Part shown: in pieces, positions 35,348 to 44,281 of the stretch
Numbering within the stretch: the first letter of the stretch is position 1
How the letters are laid out: each line of letters starts with the position of its first letter
Sequence record: MW862804
Length of the DNA: 44,281 bases
Source of the DNA: Escherichia phage UAE_MI-01
Direction: 5' to 3' (one strand)
Translations under genes and position numbers: made by a program
Notes under the pieces: generated by a model
What the model was told of the DNA's origin: nothing
Databases searched by the model: none
What the model saw: only the letters and a program-made list of their open reading frames with translations

Positions 35348-38300
35348 CTACCAACTACCAGTGAGTTCACCAATCTGCACGCGGAGCACGCCGTTTCCGT
35401 CCCTAACGCTGATTTGCGTGTTTGTCTGTTTCATCCCGCCGCCGTTACCGGTTCCCAGGTTGATAAACGTTCCGTCTTTCCCTAAGCGCCAACCACGCGT
35501 GTTGCCGTCATAGTTATTCGATTGCAGCGTGTCCGTGATCTGCGCGAAGTTGATGGACGCATTCTTGATGCGTGCGGTGTCAATGTACACCTGTCCGCCG
35601 TCAACAATAAACGCGGACGAAAGCGACCCATTCGACGGGTGCATGATGTAGAACTGGTCCGCCTTGAACGCGATGCGTGATTTAACCGCGCCGCCTTCCG
35701 CAACGACGGAAAGTTGCATACCGGCATCGTAGTAAGTCCCGTTATACGTTACGCCCGCCTTGAGGCTGTAGGTAGCGTTACCACCGGAGTGGTTAAACGT
35801 AGACGTCATCTTCTGCTCTATAGCGGCGGACTGCTGCCCGAACTGTGCCGCCACCTGGGTCTTGTACTCCGCCAGCGCGCCCGCTACGTCTGCCGTTGCC
35901 GTTTGTACCTGCTGGATGGCGGCTTCCTGTTCCCCAAACTTAGCGGCAACAGTTTGCTGATACTGGGCGAATGCTTGCTCGTGCGTGCTTTGCGCGGTCT
36001 GCAACGTGTGGATTGCCGCTTCCGCATCGTCAAGGCGCGTGCCGATCAACGTCTCCAGTTGCGCTACGGCCTTGTTGGCATCCGCGGCTACGTTATAAGC
36101 CACCTTGATTTCTGCGTAAATCCCTTTGTACTCGGCACGGGCGTTAAACAACTGCTGCGCGTCGGTGAGCATTGCCTCGTAAATACCCTGCGGGATCGTG
36201 TCGATTGCTTCCTGGAAGCGTTTACCATCCTCGGAAGTCAAGAACTCGTTATCAAGCCCCTTCATGTACTCGTCAACTTTGTCACTCACCTGCCCTTCAA
36301 ACGGGGCCGACCAGTCCGACAGGTTGCCGATTTTATCCGCTACACGGGCGCGCAACTGCTGGTAAATTCCGAACTCCAGCGACGTTTGAGCGTACTCCGC
36401 GCCAGGATATGGGACGTTTGTTAAGAATTTCCATTCCGTTTCGCCCGTCTTGCGCACTTCAAGCTCGGTGTAAGAGATATCCGTCGCGGCGTTGTTGTGG
36501 TTCCACTTCCATAGGATCTGGTGCAAACCTGAAATCGCGTTGGTGATGATTGGCGCATTAAGTCCACCGAGGCGACCTTCGATCGGCGTGATGGGAGACG
36601 ACACCCACGGGGACGAGATTTCACCCATACCGATTGCGCGGACGCGTGCCTGATAGTTACCGGAGAACACGTTGGGGATGTGCGCCCCATTCGACGCCGT
36701 GCGCGGGATATTCACCCAGTCGTTACCCCACTGGATTTCCATATTCTGCAGGCTTGTACGCCGCCACTGGATTTCATACACCACGGCATCCTTCACCGGC
36801 GGGAAAACAATATCCACGTTGGTGATTAGCTGGCCTTGCGATGAGATCTGCGACGGGGTGATGGTAACGGATTCCGGCCCCTTCATTACACCGTCTGGCA
36901 CTTGCGTGAAGATACCAGGATCAAGGCGAGCGCCATTATCAACGGCATCATACTTGCTGTCGTTGTATTCAATCCCGCGCACCGAAAAAGTGCTCGTAGA
37001 GTCGTCATACTCCAGATCGGTGATGCGGAATTTTTGCAACTGGATATCGTCGCCATCAACGCAAAACGGCTGGTCTGGAATCGGGTCGGCATCCAGTGCG
37101 GTTTTTAGCGTGACCTTGTTGCCGTTGACGCTGGCGATCTCGCGAGTCTCCACATTTCCGCTATCTGTGCGGACCAGGAACTTATCGCCAGGGCGGAATG
37201 TGATTTCGCTGTCTGTGTTAAGCACGGTACGCGTGCCAGGGTCCGACAACAGGCGACCGCCGCGAGTCTCGAATCCGCCAGAAATATTAGTATCTGCGAT
37301 CGCAACTACGCTACCAGGGATAAAGAATAACCCCTCCATGCCCACCTTAAAACTAACTTGCTGGTCAAGCTGGTTTGAGATTAGCGCCCAGTGCCCGCGG
37401 CGTTGCGCTTCAGATTCACGCGTACAGCCGATCGCCGTAATATCAAGACGGTTAATCTTATGGCGGCGCACCAGTTCGACGCGCTGTCCCGTTGCGATGG
37501 CATCTTCATAGTGGTTCTTCGGGTTGCCGTATGCGACCGCGAAAGTTGAATACCGAGTTTTCTGGCTGCCAGATGCGTAGTCGAATCGTCCATCAATAAC
37601 CGAGGCGTTGGTGATAGTGTGTGACACTGCCGCGACCGGTTGGTCACTGACGATATTCAACATCTGGTTTCCCCACCAGGTCATTCCGGCGAAGATGGCG
37701 GCTAAATCCTTAAGCACGGTCCAGGCGTCTGTCTGCGACTGGATGTACATATCATTCTTAAATCGGATTTCCCGTCCGCCGTTGCCGTCGCTGACCAGCT
37801 GGTCGCAGCGCTGCGCAATCTGGTAGAGCGCGTACCGGTTCAGCATTTGCGGTTTGATACGCCGACCGAGGCCGAATCGCTCAGTAATACAAATATCGTA
37901 CCAGTGCCACGCTGGGTTATCCGTCCATGCGCGTTTGAATGTGCCGTCCCAGTCTCCCGAATAAGTATGATTGATCGGGTCGTAGTTGTTCGGGATTAAA
38001 ACCTTGCGGCCTTTGCACTTGATGGACACGCGCGGGATGTTCTGGAACGCTTTAGCGTCGAACTCCACAAACAACAGCGCAGTTAGAGGGTAACGCAGGC
38101 GGGCGTCGATAATCTCAGTGATGGACTGCACCCGGATATCATTAACCACTTTCGCCGATGTGGAGTCTGCCGTTATGCGGTGCACCTCCACGCGCCAGCC
38201 GGTGTTAACGTTCGGCGGCAGTTCGATGCGGTGATCGCGCTCGTACAGCGACATTGTTTTACCAACGGCAGCGAATGTAAACTCACGCGGGTCGGCGTTA

Positions 38301-38767
38301 TCCGTATACACAACGATCTTATAATCGATGCGCCCGCCCACCAGGTCGCCATTATCTTCGTTTGTGTACAAGGCCGGAATGCCGATGCGAATGCGCACGG
38401 CGTCCAAACTGGTGTCGTTAATCTGGCGCACCCACGGCGTGCCGTTTTCCAGTTTTACACCGACGGATTGCTCACTTTCCACCGCTGAAAATCCGTGGAT
38501 CACGTCCTGGTGCTGTGTGCCTGGGCGGAACTCCACTCGCGCGCCGGGGAAGTTTTCGGACAAGTCAGCGTTCTGGATCGGCGTTCCGTCCAGATATACA
38601 CGCTGCCGCAATTCGCTGGCGCTGGTAATACTTTCGAATTCACCCTCGCCCAGCGCAAGCAAGATGCGGATTTTAGCCAGGGAATGCAGGCTATCCGGCG
38701 TTTCCTGCGGAGTGTGCTGTTTGCCGCCGCCGCCTTTATGCCCTGTGACGTCGTAGATAATCGTCAT
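35348..38767 (-). CDS. Central tail fibre / host specificity protein (lambda gpJ-like)
   Basis: 1139 aa; N-terminus MTIIYDVTGHKGGGGKQHTPQETPDSLHS resembles the lambda J N-terminus; follows I/K/L/M genes. Confidence 0.85.
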   Translation of the reverse strand: MTIIYDVTGHKGGGGKQHTPQETPDSLHSLAKIRILLALGEGEFESITSASELRQRVYLDGTPIQNADLSENFPGARVEFRPGTQHQDVIHGFSAVESEQSVGVKLENGTPWVRQINDTSLDAVRIRIGIPALYTNEDNGDLVGGRIDYKIVVYTDNADPREFTFAAVGKTMSLYERDHRIELPPNVNTGWRVEVHRITADSTSAKVVNDIRVQSITEIIDARLRYPLTALLFVEFDAKAFQNIPRVSIKCKGRKVLIPNNYDPINHTYSGDWDGTFKRAWTDNPAWHWYDICITERFGLGRRIKPQMLNRYALYQIAQRCDQLVSDGNGGREIRFKNDMYIQSQTDAWTVLKDLAAIFAGMTWWGNQMLNIVSDQPVAAVSHTITNASVIDGRFDYASGSQKTRYSTFAVAYGNPKNHYEDAIATGQRVELVRRHKINRLDITAIGCTRESEAQRRGHWALISNQLDQQVSFKVGMEGLFFIPGSVVAIADTNISGGFETRGGRLLSDPGTRTVLNTDSEITFRPGDKFLVRTDSGNVETREIASVNGNKVTLKTALDADPIPDQPFCVDGDDIQLQKFRITDLEYDDSTSTFSVRGIEYNDSKYDAVDNGARLDPGIFTQVPDGVMKGPESVTITPSQISSQGQLITNVDIVFPPVKDAVVYEIQWRRTSLQNMEIQWGNDWVNIPRTASNGAHIPNVFSGNYQARVRAIGMGEISSPWVSSPITPIEGRLGGLNAPIITNAISGLHQILWKWNHNNAATDISYTELEVRKTGETEWKFLTNVPYPGAEYAQTSLEFGIYQQLRARVADKIGNLSDWSAPFEGQVSDKVDEYMKGLDNEFLTSEDGKRFQEAIDTIPQGIYEAMLTDAQQLFNARAEYKGIYAEIKVAYNVAADANKAVAQLETLIGTRLDDAEAAIHTLQTAQSTHEQAFAQYQQTVAAKFGEQEAAIQQVQTATADVAGALAEYKTQVAAQFGQQSAAIEQKMTSTFNHSGGNATYSLKAGVTYNGTYYDAGMQLSVVAEGGAVKSRIAFKADQFYIMHPSNGSLSSAFIVDGGQVYIDTARIKNASINFAQITDTLQSNNYDGNTRGWRLGKDGTFINLGTGNGGGMKQTNTQISVRDGNGVLRVQIGELTGSW

Positions 38768-39375
38768 TCGTTCAAGTCCTCGGTTACGATTCCGGCTGAA
38801 ATAATAGCGCCGCCGATCTCACGCTCGCCCCATAATACACCAAGAGCCGTGCCTTGCGCGGTCGTGTTTACCGGCCCCCCGAACGCATACGACGCCTTGT
38901 TATCCACGTCCTGCCTTGTCTGCAATCCTTTCGGTTGTGGCGACAGCAATTGCATAACGCCACCCAGCGCCATCGACATCCCGAACGAAAACGTCGCCGT
39001 ACCGATAGCGGCAGCGGTTGCAGCCGAAGCCCCAAAAGCGGCAGTAGCAAGTCCGCCCGTATAGAACGACGCCACTACGATAGCGACACCCGCCAGCAAT
39101 TGTCCCAACCCTCTTTTTGCGCCCGTCATAACCGGCGCGATGGTAACGACGCGGTTGCCGTGGAACTCGCCCAGCTCATCATAGCCGGTCATCGTGTGGT
39201 CGCCTTTGCGCACCTTGAACATCATATTGTCCAGGTGGGCCGACATTAGAAAGTCCTGTAAGCCGGGTAACTTCACGCACAGGCCGGTAATACCCTCGCC
39301 AGGAGTGAAGCAGTCCAGTTTATGCACTTTACCGAATCGACGTCCTAAAACGCCGTATAATTTAAATGTGGTCAT
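38764..39375 (-). CDS. Tail assembly protein (lambda gpI-like)
   Basis: ATGA coupling with K; hydrophobic Gly/Ala-rich C-terminal half; synteny. Confidence 0.55.
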   Translation of the reverse strand: MTTFKLYGVLGRRFGKVHKLDCFTPGEGITGLCVKLPGLQDFLMSAHLDNMMFKVRKGDHTMTGYDELGEFHGNRVVTIAPVMTGAKRGLGQLLAGVAIVVASFYTGGLATAAFGASAATAAAIGTATFSFGMSMALGGVMQLLSPQPKGLQTRQDVDNKASYAFGGPVNTTAQGTALGVLWGEREIGGAIISAGIVTEDLNE

Positions 39376-40112
39376 TGCCATTCTGTGATATCCCACGGTA
39401 AGTCTTTGTGACGCACCCATTTAACCACATTGTCGCGGAAAAATCCTGCCCGGAAGGGGACCACGCTCGACAGACTGCCGTAGATATGGTGTAGGAGTTG
39501 GTTGCCCGGAAGGAATATCCCGGCGTGGTTAGGCACTGGCGCGCTAATCTGCATGATGACCATCGCCCCCGGCGTATTCTCCTCGCATTCCCTGAAGCCC
39601 GCGCCGTACCAGTTATCCATATACAGATTTTCGCCTGTCTCCCACCAGTTATATGGCACGCGGAAGTCTGGCAGGTTTACGCCCTGCTTTTTGTGCCATG
39701 CCATGACGAGGCCGTAACAGTCAGTAACCCCGAGAACAAATCGGCGGCCTACCAGCGGCGGGTCTTCCGGGTCGATCTCGATAAAGTCGCCATATTCGTT
39801 AGTGATGGTCCAGACGACGCCGCTGCCGTTGCATCCGTTAACGTCTCCCAGTGATGGGGTAAGCTCGCGCTGACCCGGGTGTGAGTGGACTACGCGAACG
39901 ACGTCGCCCATATCCTCGGCATCCATCCAGGCCATATCACTAATAGTAAACGCGTCTTTGCGTGAGCGCACGCCGGTCGGGTCTTCGAATACGTTCTGAC
40001 ATGGTACGAATACTTGCTTGCGACCCACCATGACTACCAACCCACAGGCTTCTTCCGGCAGACATGCCGCAACGTGCGCGGCGATATCGCTTTTAACCTT
40101 TTTCGTTAACAT
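39372..40112 (-). CDS. Tail assembly protein K-like (JAB/MPN metalloprotease plus NlpC/P60-like domain)
   Basis: JAMM-type motif VVHSHPGQ...S..D; synteny between L and I. Confidence 0.75.
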   Translation of the reverse strand: MLTKKVKSDIAAHVAACLPEEACGLVVMVGRKQVFVPCQNVFEDPTGVRSRKDAFTISDMAWMDAEDMGDVVRVVHSHPGQRELTPSLGDVNGCNGSGVVWTITNEYGDFIEIDPEDPPLVGRRFVLGVTDCYGLVMAWHKKQGVNLPDFRVPYNWWETGENLYMDNWYGAGFRECEENTPGAMVIMQISAPVPNHAGIFLPGNQLLHHIYGSLSSVVPFRAGFFRDNVVKWVRHKDLPWDITEWQ

Positions 40113-40114
40113 GG

Positions 40115-40903
40115 CTACCCCTTAATTAATCTGGACCCAGGAAAGCCGCCGAAGTCCAGCACCGCCGCTTTCGGGTCCGCAAGCCCTTGCCCAAATCGAA
40201 GATAACAGTCGGACAAACAGCCGCCGCATCGGTCCATATTCATCGCAATGACTTCATTACCTCGCTCGTCGTAATACTTGATGCCGGGCTTCGCAAGGTT
40301 CCAGGTGCACCCGTCCCCGCTGGCGTACTTCCCGTTGAGCGCCCATTCGCACATATTCATGATTTGGCGACGGGGAACGACCTGCCCTTCCATATCCGCA
40401 GGCGAGGATAGTGCGAAGGTAATTTGCTTGCCCGGATTGCGCCCGACCTGCGAGTCGATGTAATACTCCTGAACTCGTTTCTGCGTCGGGTCTGGATCTG
40501 TCCCGTTGTCCAGGAACTTCGCGAACGTATCAATGATCTCAACCTTCGCGCCCAGTAGCTGGTCGTGGTTCAGCGACAGCCGGGTTATTATGCCGCCAAT
40601 ATCGACGATTGTTAGTTGCGGTTCTGCTGCCGTCGATGTGGAGAAGTTAAGGCCAGACAGATCGAAGGGCCAGAATTCGAACTCCTGCCCCCCGAAGAAG
40701 ATGGATTTAGGTTTTAGCTTATCCTCGTCACCACCAGCGGCAGCAATATCCTCGGCAGTGTGCGGAATGAAGCAGTAATGAAAATAGTGATGGCCCGCTC
40801 CGATCGCGCCGTCGCCTGGTTCCACGTCCTGCGCGTCAATGTGAATCAGGCGAACGCGGCCCGATGGGTCGAAGCGCGTCGCCTCGCGATAAAGTTTATT
40901 CAT
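40115..40903 (-). CDS. Minor tail protein L-like
   Basis: 262 aa with C-terminal Cys cluster; synteny between M and K. Confidence 0.65.
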   Translation of the reverse strand: MNKLYREATRFDPSGRVRLIHIDAQDVEPGDGAIGAGHHYFHYCFIPHTAEDIAAAGGDEDKLKPKSIFFGGQEFEFWPFDLSGLNFSTSTAAEPQLTIVDIGGIITRLSLNHDQLLGAKVEIIDTFAKFLDNGTDPDPTQKRVQEYYIDSQVGRNPGKQITFALSSPADMEGQVVPRRQIMNMCEWALNGKYASGDGCTWNLAKPGIKYYDERGNEVIAMNMDRCGGCLSDCYLRFGQGLADPKAAVLDFGGFPGSRLIKG

Positions 40904-41499
40904 CTTACAAATCCAATAGCAGTCTTAAGGGTGGCGGATACAGTTGCCGTGTGGTGCCCGTTGTCTGTGTATGACAAGCTCGAACGCTCGACCACGAATA
41001 AACCTGTTTCGCCATCCGGGGCGGTGACGACAAACGGCTTGACGAAGTGCCCGCGAAGGAAGTTGTAAACCAGTTTAGGGTTGCACCATTTGTCAGTAGT
41101 CAGTCCGACGAATTGCACAGGGAACTGTTTCGTTTCGGCGTTCGGGCCGTCCGCGATGTTCTGCCCGTAGCCATTACCAAATTGCAATTCCTCCGACCGG
41201 AAAGCCAACTGCACGTCGCCGCCGCCCTGCAATTGCATGTGCCAGTAATAGGGCCATTCGTTTGATCGCGGGTCGTGTGCTTCGATTAGCTCATATGCCG
41301 CACCGGATTTCGTCGGACCGGCCCAGTTATCTTTCAGTGTAATGACCGTGTTCGAGTTGAACGCCGCAATTTTGCCGGTGTAGTCGTTGCCGTCGATGCG
41401 GGCGAATACGAGTACCTTCCCGATCTCGCTAAGGAACGCCGTTCCCGCGCCTGTAACGGTCTTACTTCCTTTCGTTAGTGTGATTGTACCTTGTGACAT
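40900..41499 (-). CDS. Minor tail protein M-like
   Basis: ATG 41499 with GGGGG RBS; synteny directly after TMP. Confidence 0.55.
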   Translation of the reverse strand: MSQGTITLTKGSKTVTGAGTAFLSEIGKVLVFARIDGNDYTGKIAAFNSNTVITLKDNWAGPTKSGAAYELIEAHDPRSNEWPYYWHMQLQGGGDVQLAFRSEELQFGNGYGQNIADGPNAETKQFPVQFVGLTTDKWCNPKLVYNFLRGHFVKPFVVTAPDGETGLFVVERSSLSYTDNGHHTATVSATLKTAIGFVR

Positions 41500-41534
41500 A
41501 AAAAGCCCCCACGATGGATGTGAGGGCCATTTTA

Positions 41535-44177
41535 TCATCGTTTATAAAGTACACCACCCGGTTTCGTTGCCTTCACGATCTCGGACTTCACCGCCTCGGT
41601 GATCTGCTTGCCGAACGCCTGCGCGGTACGGGGGTCCGGCCCGCTGACACTGGTATCCGTTTTACCGGTACCCGTGTAAACGTTAGTCGTCACGACCATA
41701 CCCCCGCCTGCGCCAGACGCGGCAACGCCCAGTTTCCCGTCCGGCCCGCGCTTCAGTGGCATGATGGCCTCGGGACCAGCCTCGCCCATCAATCCTGCGC
41801 CCTTAGCGAACGCCTGGACGCCATAACTGAAAAAGGTAGGCTGGCTTACCACTTTCCCCGAATAGGCCGCGAGATTGCCTCCTGCGTACGCTCCGCCGTC
41901 CGCATTCTTGGTGAGGCCCGAGAAGATAGCGCCGAACAATCCGTTTTTGCCGCCGTCGCCACCAAAAGCGCTAACGATCGACTTGAAAGCCTGCGAGGTA
42001 GCCAGCTTGATTAATTCGCTCAGGATGGACTTAACCATATCCTTTGCGTTCAGCTTGCCCGTCTCGAAAAACTCGTTCATCGTGTCTTGCATAGCGCTGA
42101 ACGTGAATTTTGTGAGCGTCGTCATCTGCGTATATCCGTTACCCATATCATCCACACTATCCTTAAGCCCGCGGCTGAAGCCATCCCATAGCGAGGCGTT
42201 AGCTCCGGTCTGTGCTTCCTGCACTTCGCGCAGCTTAGACACCGCCTTGTCTATATCGGTATCGTTAGCGCCAACCCGCTTCAGGCGATCAATTAGCTGC
42301 AATTCTTCGCGCAGGTTTGCCGCTTCGCGAGTGGAAAGCGCATACCCCGCGGCGGTGGCTTTTAGTTCGGCGTTCTGGTTCTTAACGAAGGCATCGATCT
42401 GCGCGTGCGCCTTAACCTGCTGCTCTTTCGCATCCAGCAATTTGGCTTCTTCGACGATCTGCTCGCGGACTTCCTTCACGCGCCCGAACTCGACTAATTG
42501 CTGCTTTTCTGCTGCCGTTAGCGCTCTTTCTTTGCTCGCAGCGATTAACTGCTCATTGTCGGCGATCAGCTTGTTTAAGGCCGCTTGAGCGCGTTGCGTG
42601 CGGGTCTGCGTAGACGCGTTGGCTTCGATCTGCTTGCCGGATTCTCGAAGCTGGGCCAGTTCGCTCCGTGCGACTTCCAGCATTTTCATACCGGCATCCA
42701 CGCGAACAGCCGCGGCCTTCTTCGGGGCGGGATCTTTGTAGCGCTCGTTTACCTGCTTCACCGCCTCGGCAAGCTCTTTCTCGTCAATAACGCCACGCTT
42801 ATTCAGCAAATTGAGACGGGCGATCTCGTCGGCGCGCTTCTTCGCGTTAGTTGCGTACTCCTTCTCGAACGCGGCGCGGTCGCGAGCGGTGCGGTTGGCC
42901 TCCTCGTTCGCCTTTGCGGATTCGTCCGCGGCACGGGCGTTGTCGCGCTCCGCACGGTTACGCAGGGTGAGCGACGCCACTACTTTCTCCTGGGCGACCA
43001 GTTCGCTGTAAAGCATGTTAATACGCGCTTTCTGCGCTTCAGTCATTACCCCACCGGCAGCGTTTACCGCTTTCATCTCGGCATAGTAAGCCGTGGTTAG
43101 TCGCTGCAATGACTCACGCGCTTTCATCTCAGATTCATTGGAGGACTGCGCGCGGCCCACATCCAGGATGGCGTCCCACATTGATTTGGCTGCCGATGTG
43201 ACGCCGTTCATCGACCGCTCAAGCGTACCCATGTTGGACTTGATTTCATTGGTCATGCTGGTGAACGACGCAGCGGCTGTTTTGTTAGCCAACGCAACTG
43301 CGTCTGTCTCACGACCCGCATCAACGAGCGACTGTACCTGCTGGATCTGCGCTTCGTTTACGACGTGATACTTATCCGCCAGCGCACGCAGTCCGCCAAC
43401 GGGGTCGGTTGACAGCTTCGCCACAGCCGCTACCACATCCTCGATCGGCTGGCTGGACACCTTCGCGAAGTCATTCACTACCTTAGCCAATGCGCCGAAG
43501 TCACCACCCGCTTTCACACCTGCCGCCGCCAGCGCCTGGATTGTGTCACGCGTCTTGCGAAATGACCCGCCCATGCGCTCGGCGTTCTCGGACAGCACCA
43601 GGATCTGGTTAGCGGTGAGGCCGGAGATATTACCAGACAGCGCCAGCGTCTTGTTAAGCGCTGCCACCTGGTTCTCTGCTCGGGACGTAATTGCCACGCC
43701 CACGCCTAAAGTCGCCGTTACAGCGGTGAGGCCGATCCCTACGGGGCCGAGGAAGCCCGCAACATACCGAAGCGTGTTACCCAGTCCGCCAAATGCGCCG
43801 GTTAGCTGTGGTAACTGCTGAAGCATGACGCGGTGCACCGGCATACCCATCTCAAGCGTAACCGCGATATCCTGTAACTGGAATGCGGCGTTACGCGAGG
43901 CAAAGCCCAAGTTTTTTGTCGACATGCCTAATCGGCTGGCGAGTCGCTCCTGTTTCGTCATGCCGTCGGCGGCGCGCTGCGATTCAGTCGCTAACTTTTC
44001 CATTCCGCCCGCGGCGTCGCCAGTAACCTTTTTCGACTTGCCGAGTGTGTCGTTTAATTTTTTTACTTTCTGTTCTGTGTTCTCGGATTTCTGCGCAAAT
44101 GTGTCCAGCACAGTATTAGCCGTTTTAATTTGCGCGACGTCCGCCTTGAGCGTGATGCCCGCTGCCTGATCTGCCAT
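41535..44177 (-). CDS. Tail tape measure protein
   Basis: 880 aa, Ala/Gln/Lys-rich predicted coiled coil with Gly-rich hydrophobic segments near N-terminus; follows chaperone genes across the window junction. Confidence 0.85.
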   Translation of the reverse strand: MADQAAGITLKADVAQIKTANTVLDTFAQKSENTEQKVKKLNDTLGKSKKVTGDAAGGMEKLATESQRAADGMTKQERLASRLGMSTKNLGFASRNAAFQLQDIAVTLEMGMPVHRVMLQQLPQLTGAFGGLGNTLRYVAGFLGPVGIGLTAVTATLGVGVAITSRAENQVAALNKTLALSGNISGLTANQILVLSENAERMGGSFRKTRDTIQALAAAGVKAGGDFGALAKVVNDFAKVSSQPIEDVVAAVAKLSTDPVGGLRALADKYHVVNEAQIQQVQSLVDAGRETDAVALANKTAAASFTSMTNEIKSNMGTLERSMNGVTSAAKSMWDAILDVGRAQSSNESEMKARESLQRLTTAYYAEMKAVNAAGGVMTEAQKARINMLYSELVAQEKVVASLTLRNRAERDNARAADESAKANEEANRTARDRAAFEKEYATNAKKRADEIARLNLLNKRGVIDEKELAEAVKQVNERYKDPAPKKAAAVRVDAGMKMLEVARSELAQLRESGKQIEANASTQTRTQRAQAALNKLIADNEQLIAASKERALTAAEKQQLVEFGRVKEVREQIVEEAKLLDAKEQQVKAHAQIDAFVKNQNAELKATAAGYALSTREAANLREELQLIDRLKRVGANDTDIDKAVSKLREVQEAQTGANASLWDGFSRGLKDSVDDMGNGYTQMTTLTKFTFSAMQDTMNEFFETGKLNAKDMVKSILSELIKLATSQAFKSIVSAFGGDGGKNGLFGAIFSGLTKNADGGAYAGGNLAAYSGKVVSQPTFFSYGVQAFAKGAGLMGEAGPEAIMPLKRGPDGKLGVAASGAGGGMVVTTNVYTGTGKTDTSVSGPDPRTAQAFGKQITEAVKSEIVKATKPGGVLYKR

Positions 44178-44245
44178 TATGCAGTCCCCCTTTTTATGCA
44201 GTTGCCGTCGGTTATTGTATCAGCGAATTTAAAACAAACCTTATT

Positions 44246-44281
44246 CAGTCTCAGACGAGGGGGGCCATTGACCCCGTCTAG
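44246..44281. repeat. Noncoding module copy A (left part): conserved hairpin CAGTCTCAGACGAGGGGGG-loop-CCCCGTCTAG, continuous with window position 1
   Basis: Matches 16660..16697 (same stem, different loop); window end plus window start reproduces the contiguous internal copy. Confidence 0.85.

Noticed and set aside
36672-37511. Plus-strand 279-aa ORF and other plus ORFs inside 35348..38767
   Set aside because: Antisense to the J-like host specificity gene, which is continuous over 1139 codons.
41875-43100. Plus-strand ORFs (237 aa, 171 aa)
   Set aside because: Antisense to the tape measure gene; Ser/Ala-rich low-complexity translations.
1-44281. tRNA genes
   Set aside because: No cloverleaf-compatible segment with a GTTCRANYC T-loop was seen in the noncoding regions by eye; this is a weak negative, since tRNAscan-SE was not run.

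Overview
The window reads as an essentially complete, circularly permuted genome (~44.3 kb) of a virulent tailed phage of enterobacteria with a lambda-like tail and a T1/HK578-like layout. The last bases of the window run seamlessly into the first bases. No integrase, repressor, transposase, tRNA or CRISPR array was recognised. Three blocks are visible: (i) 280..16443 on the minus strand, a late operon encoding early-operon hypotheticals, a two-membrane-protein/endolysin lysis cassette, an HTH-metallophosphoesterase, TerS/TerL, portal, head morphogenesis protein, Rz/Rz1 spanins, scaffold, major capsid, head-tail joining proteins, major tail protein and the G/GT chaperone with a -1 frameshift, interrupted by a plus-strand moron island at 5904..7042; (ii) 16978..32374, the replication and DNA-modification module (primase-helicase and HTH regulator on minus; acidic early protein, PD-(D/E)xK exonuclease, SSB-like protein, family A DNA polymerase, VRR-NUC, SNF2 helicase, C5-MTase-like protein, Dam-family MTase and HAD hydrolase on plus); (iii) 32402..44177 on the minus strand, the tail tip/fibre operon (TMP, M, L, K, I, J, two small tail proteins, a fibre with a C-terminal S74 chaperone domain) plus a divergently oriented Cor-like lipoprotein. 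The most unusual signal is a duplicated ~190-bp noncoding module (conserved hairpin, arrays of the heptamer GTCCCGC, and a TTATGCA-N7-TGCATAA palindrome) present once across the window junction between GT and TMP and once at 16660..16850; both copies sit upstream, on the transcribed minus strand, of a late operon. Other points worth checking are a TTGGTTGC operator-like motif family at promoters, a 20-bp tandem duplication that splits a moron gene, an atypical C5-MTase-like protein, and an HTH-phosphoesterase whose own upstream region carries the heptamer. All product calls come from reading motifs and gene order by eye; no database search or computation was run.
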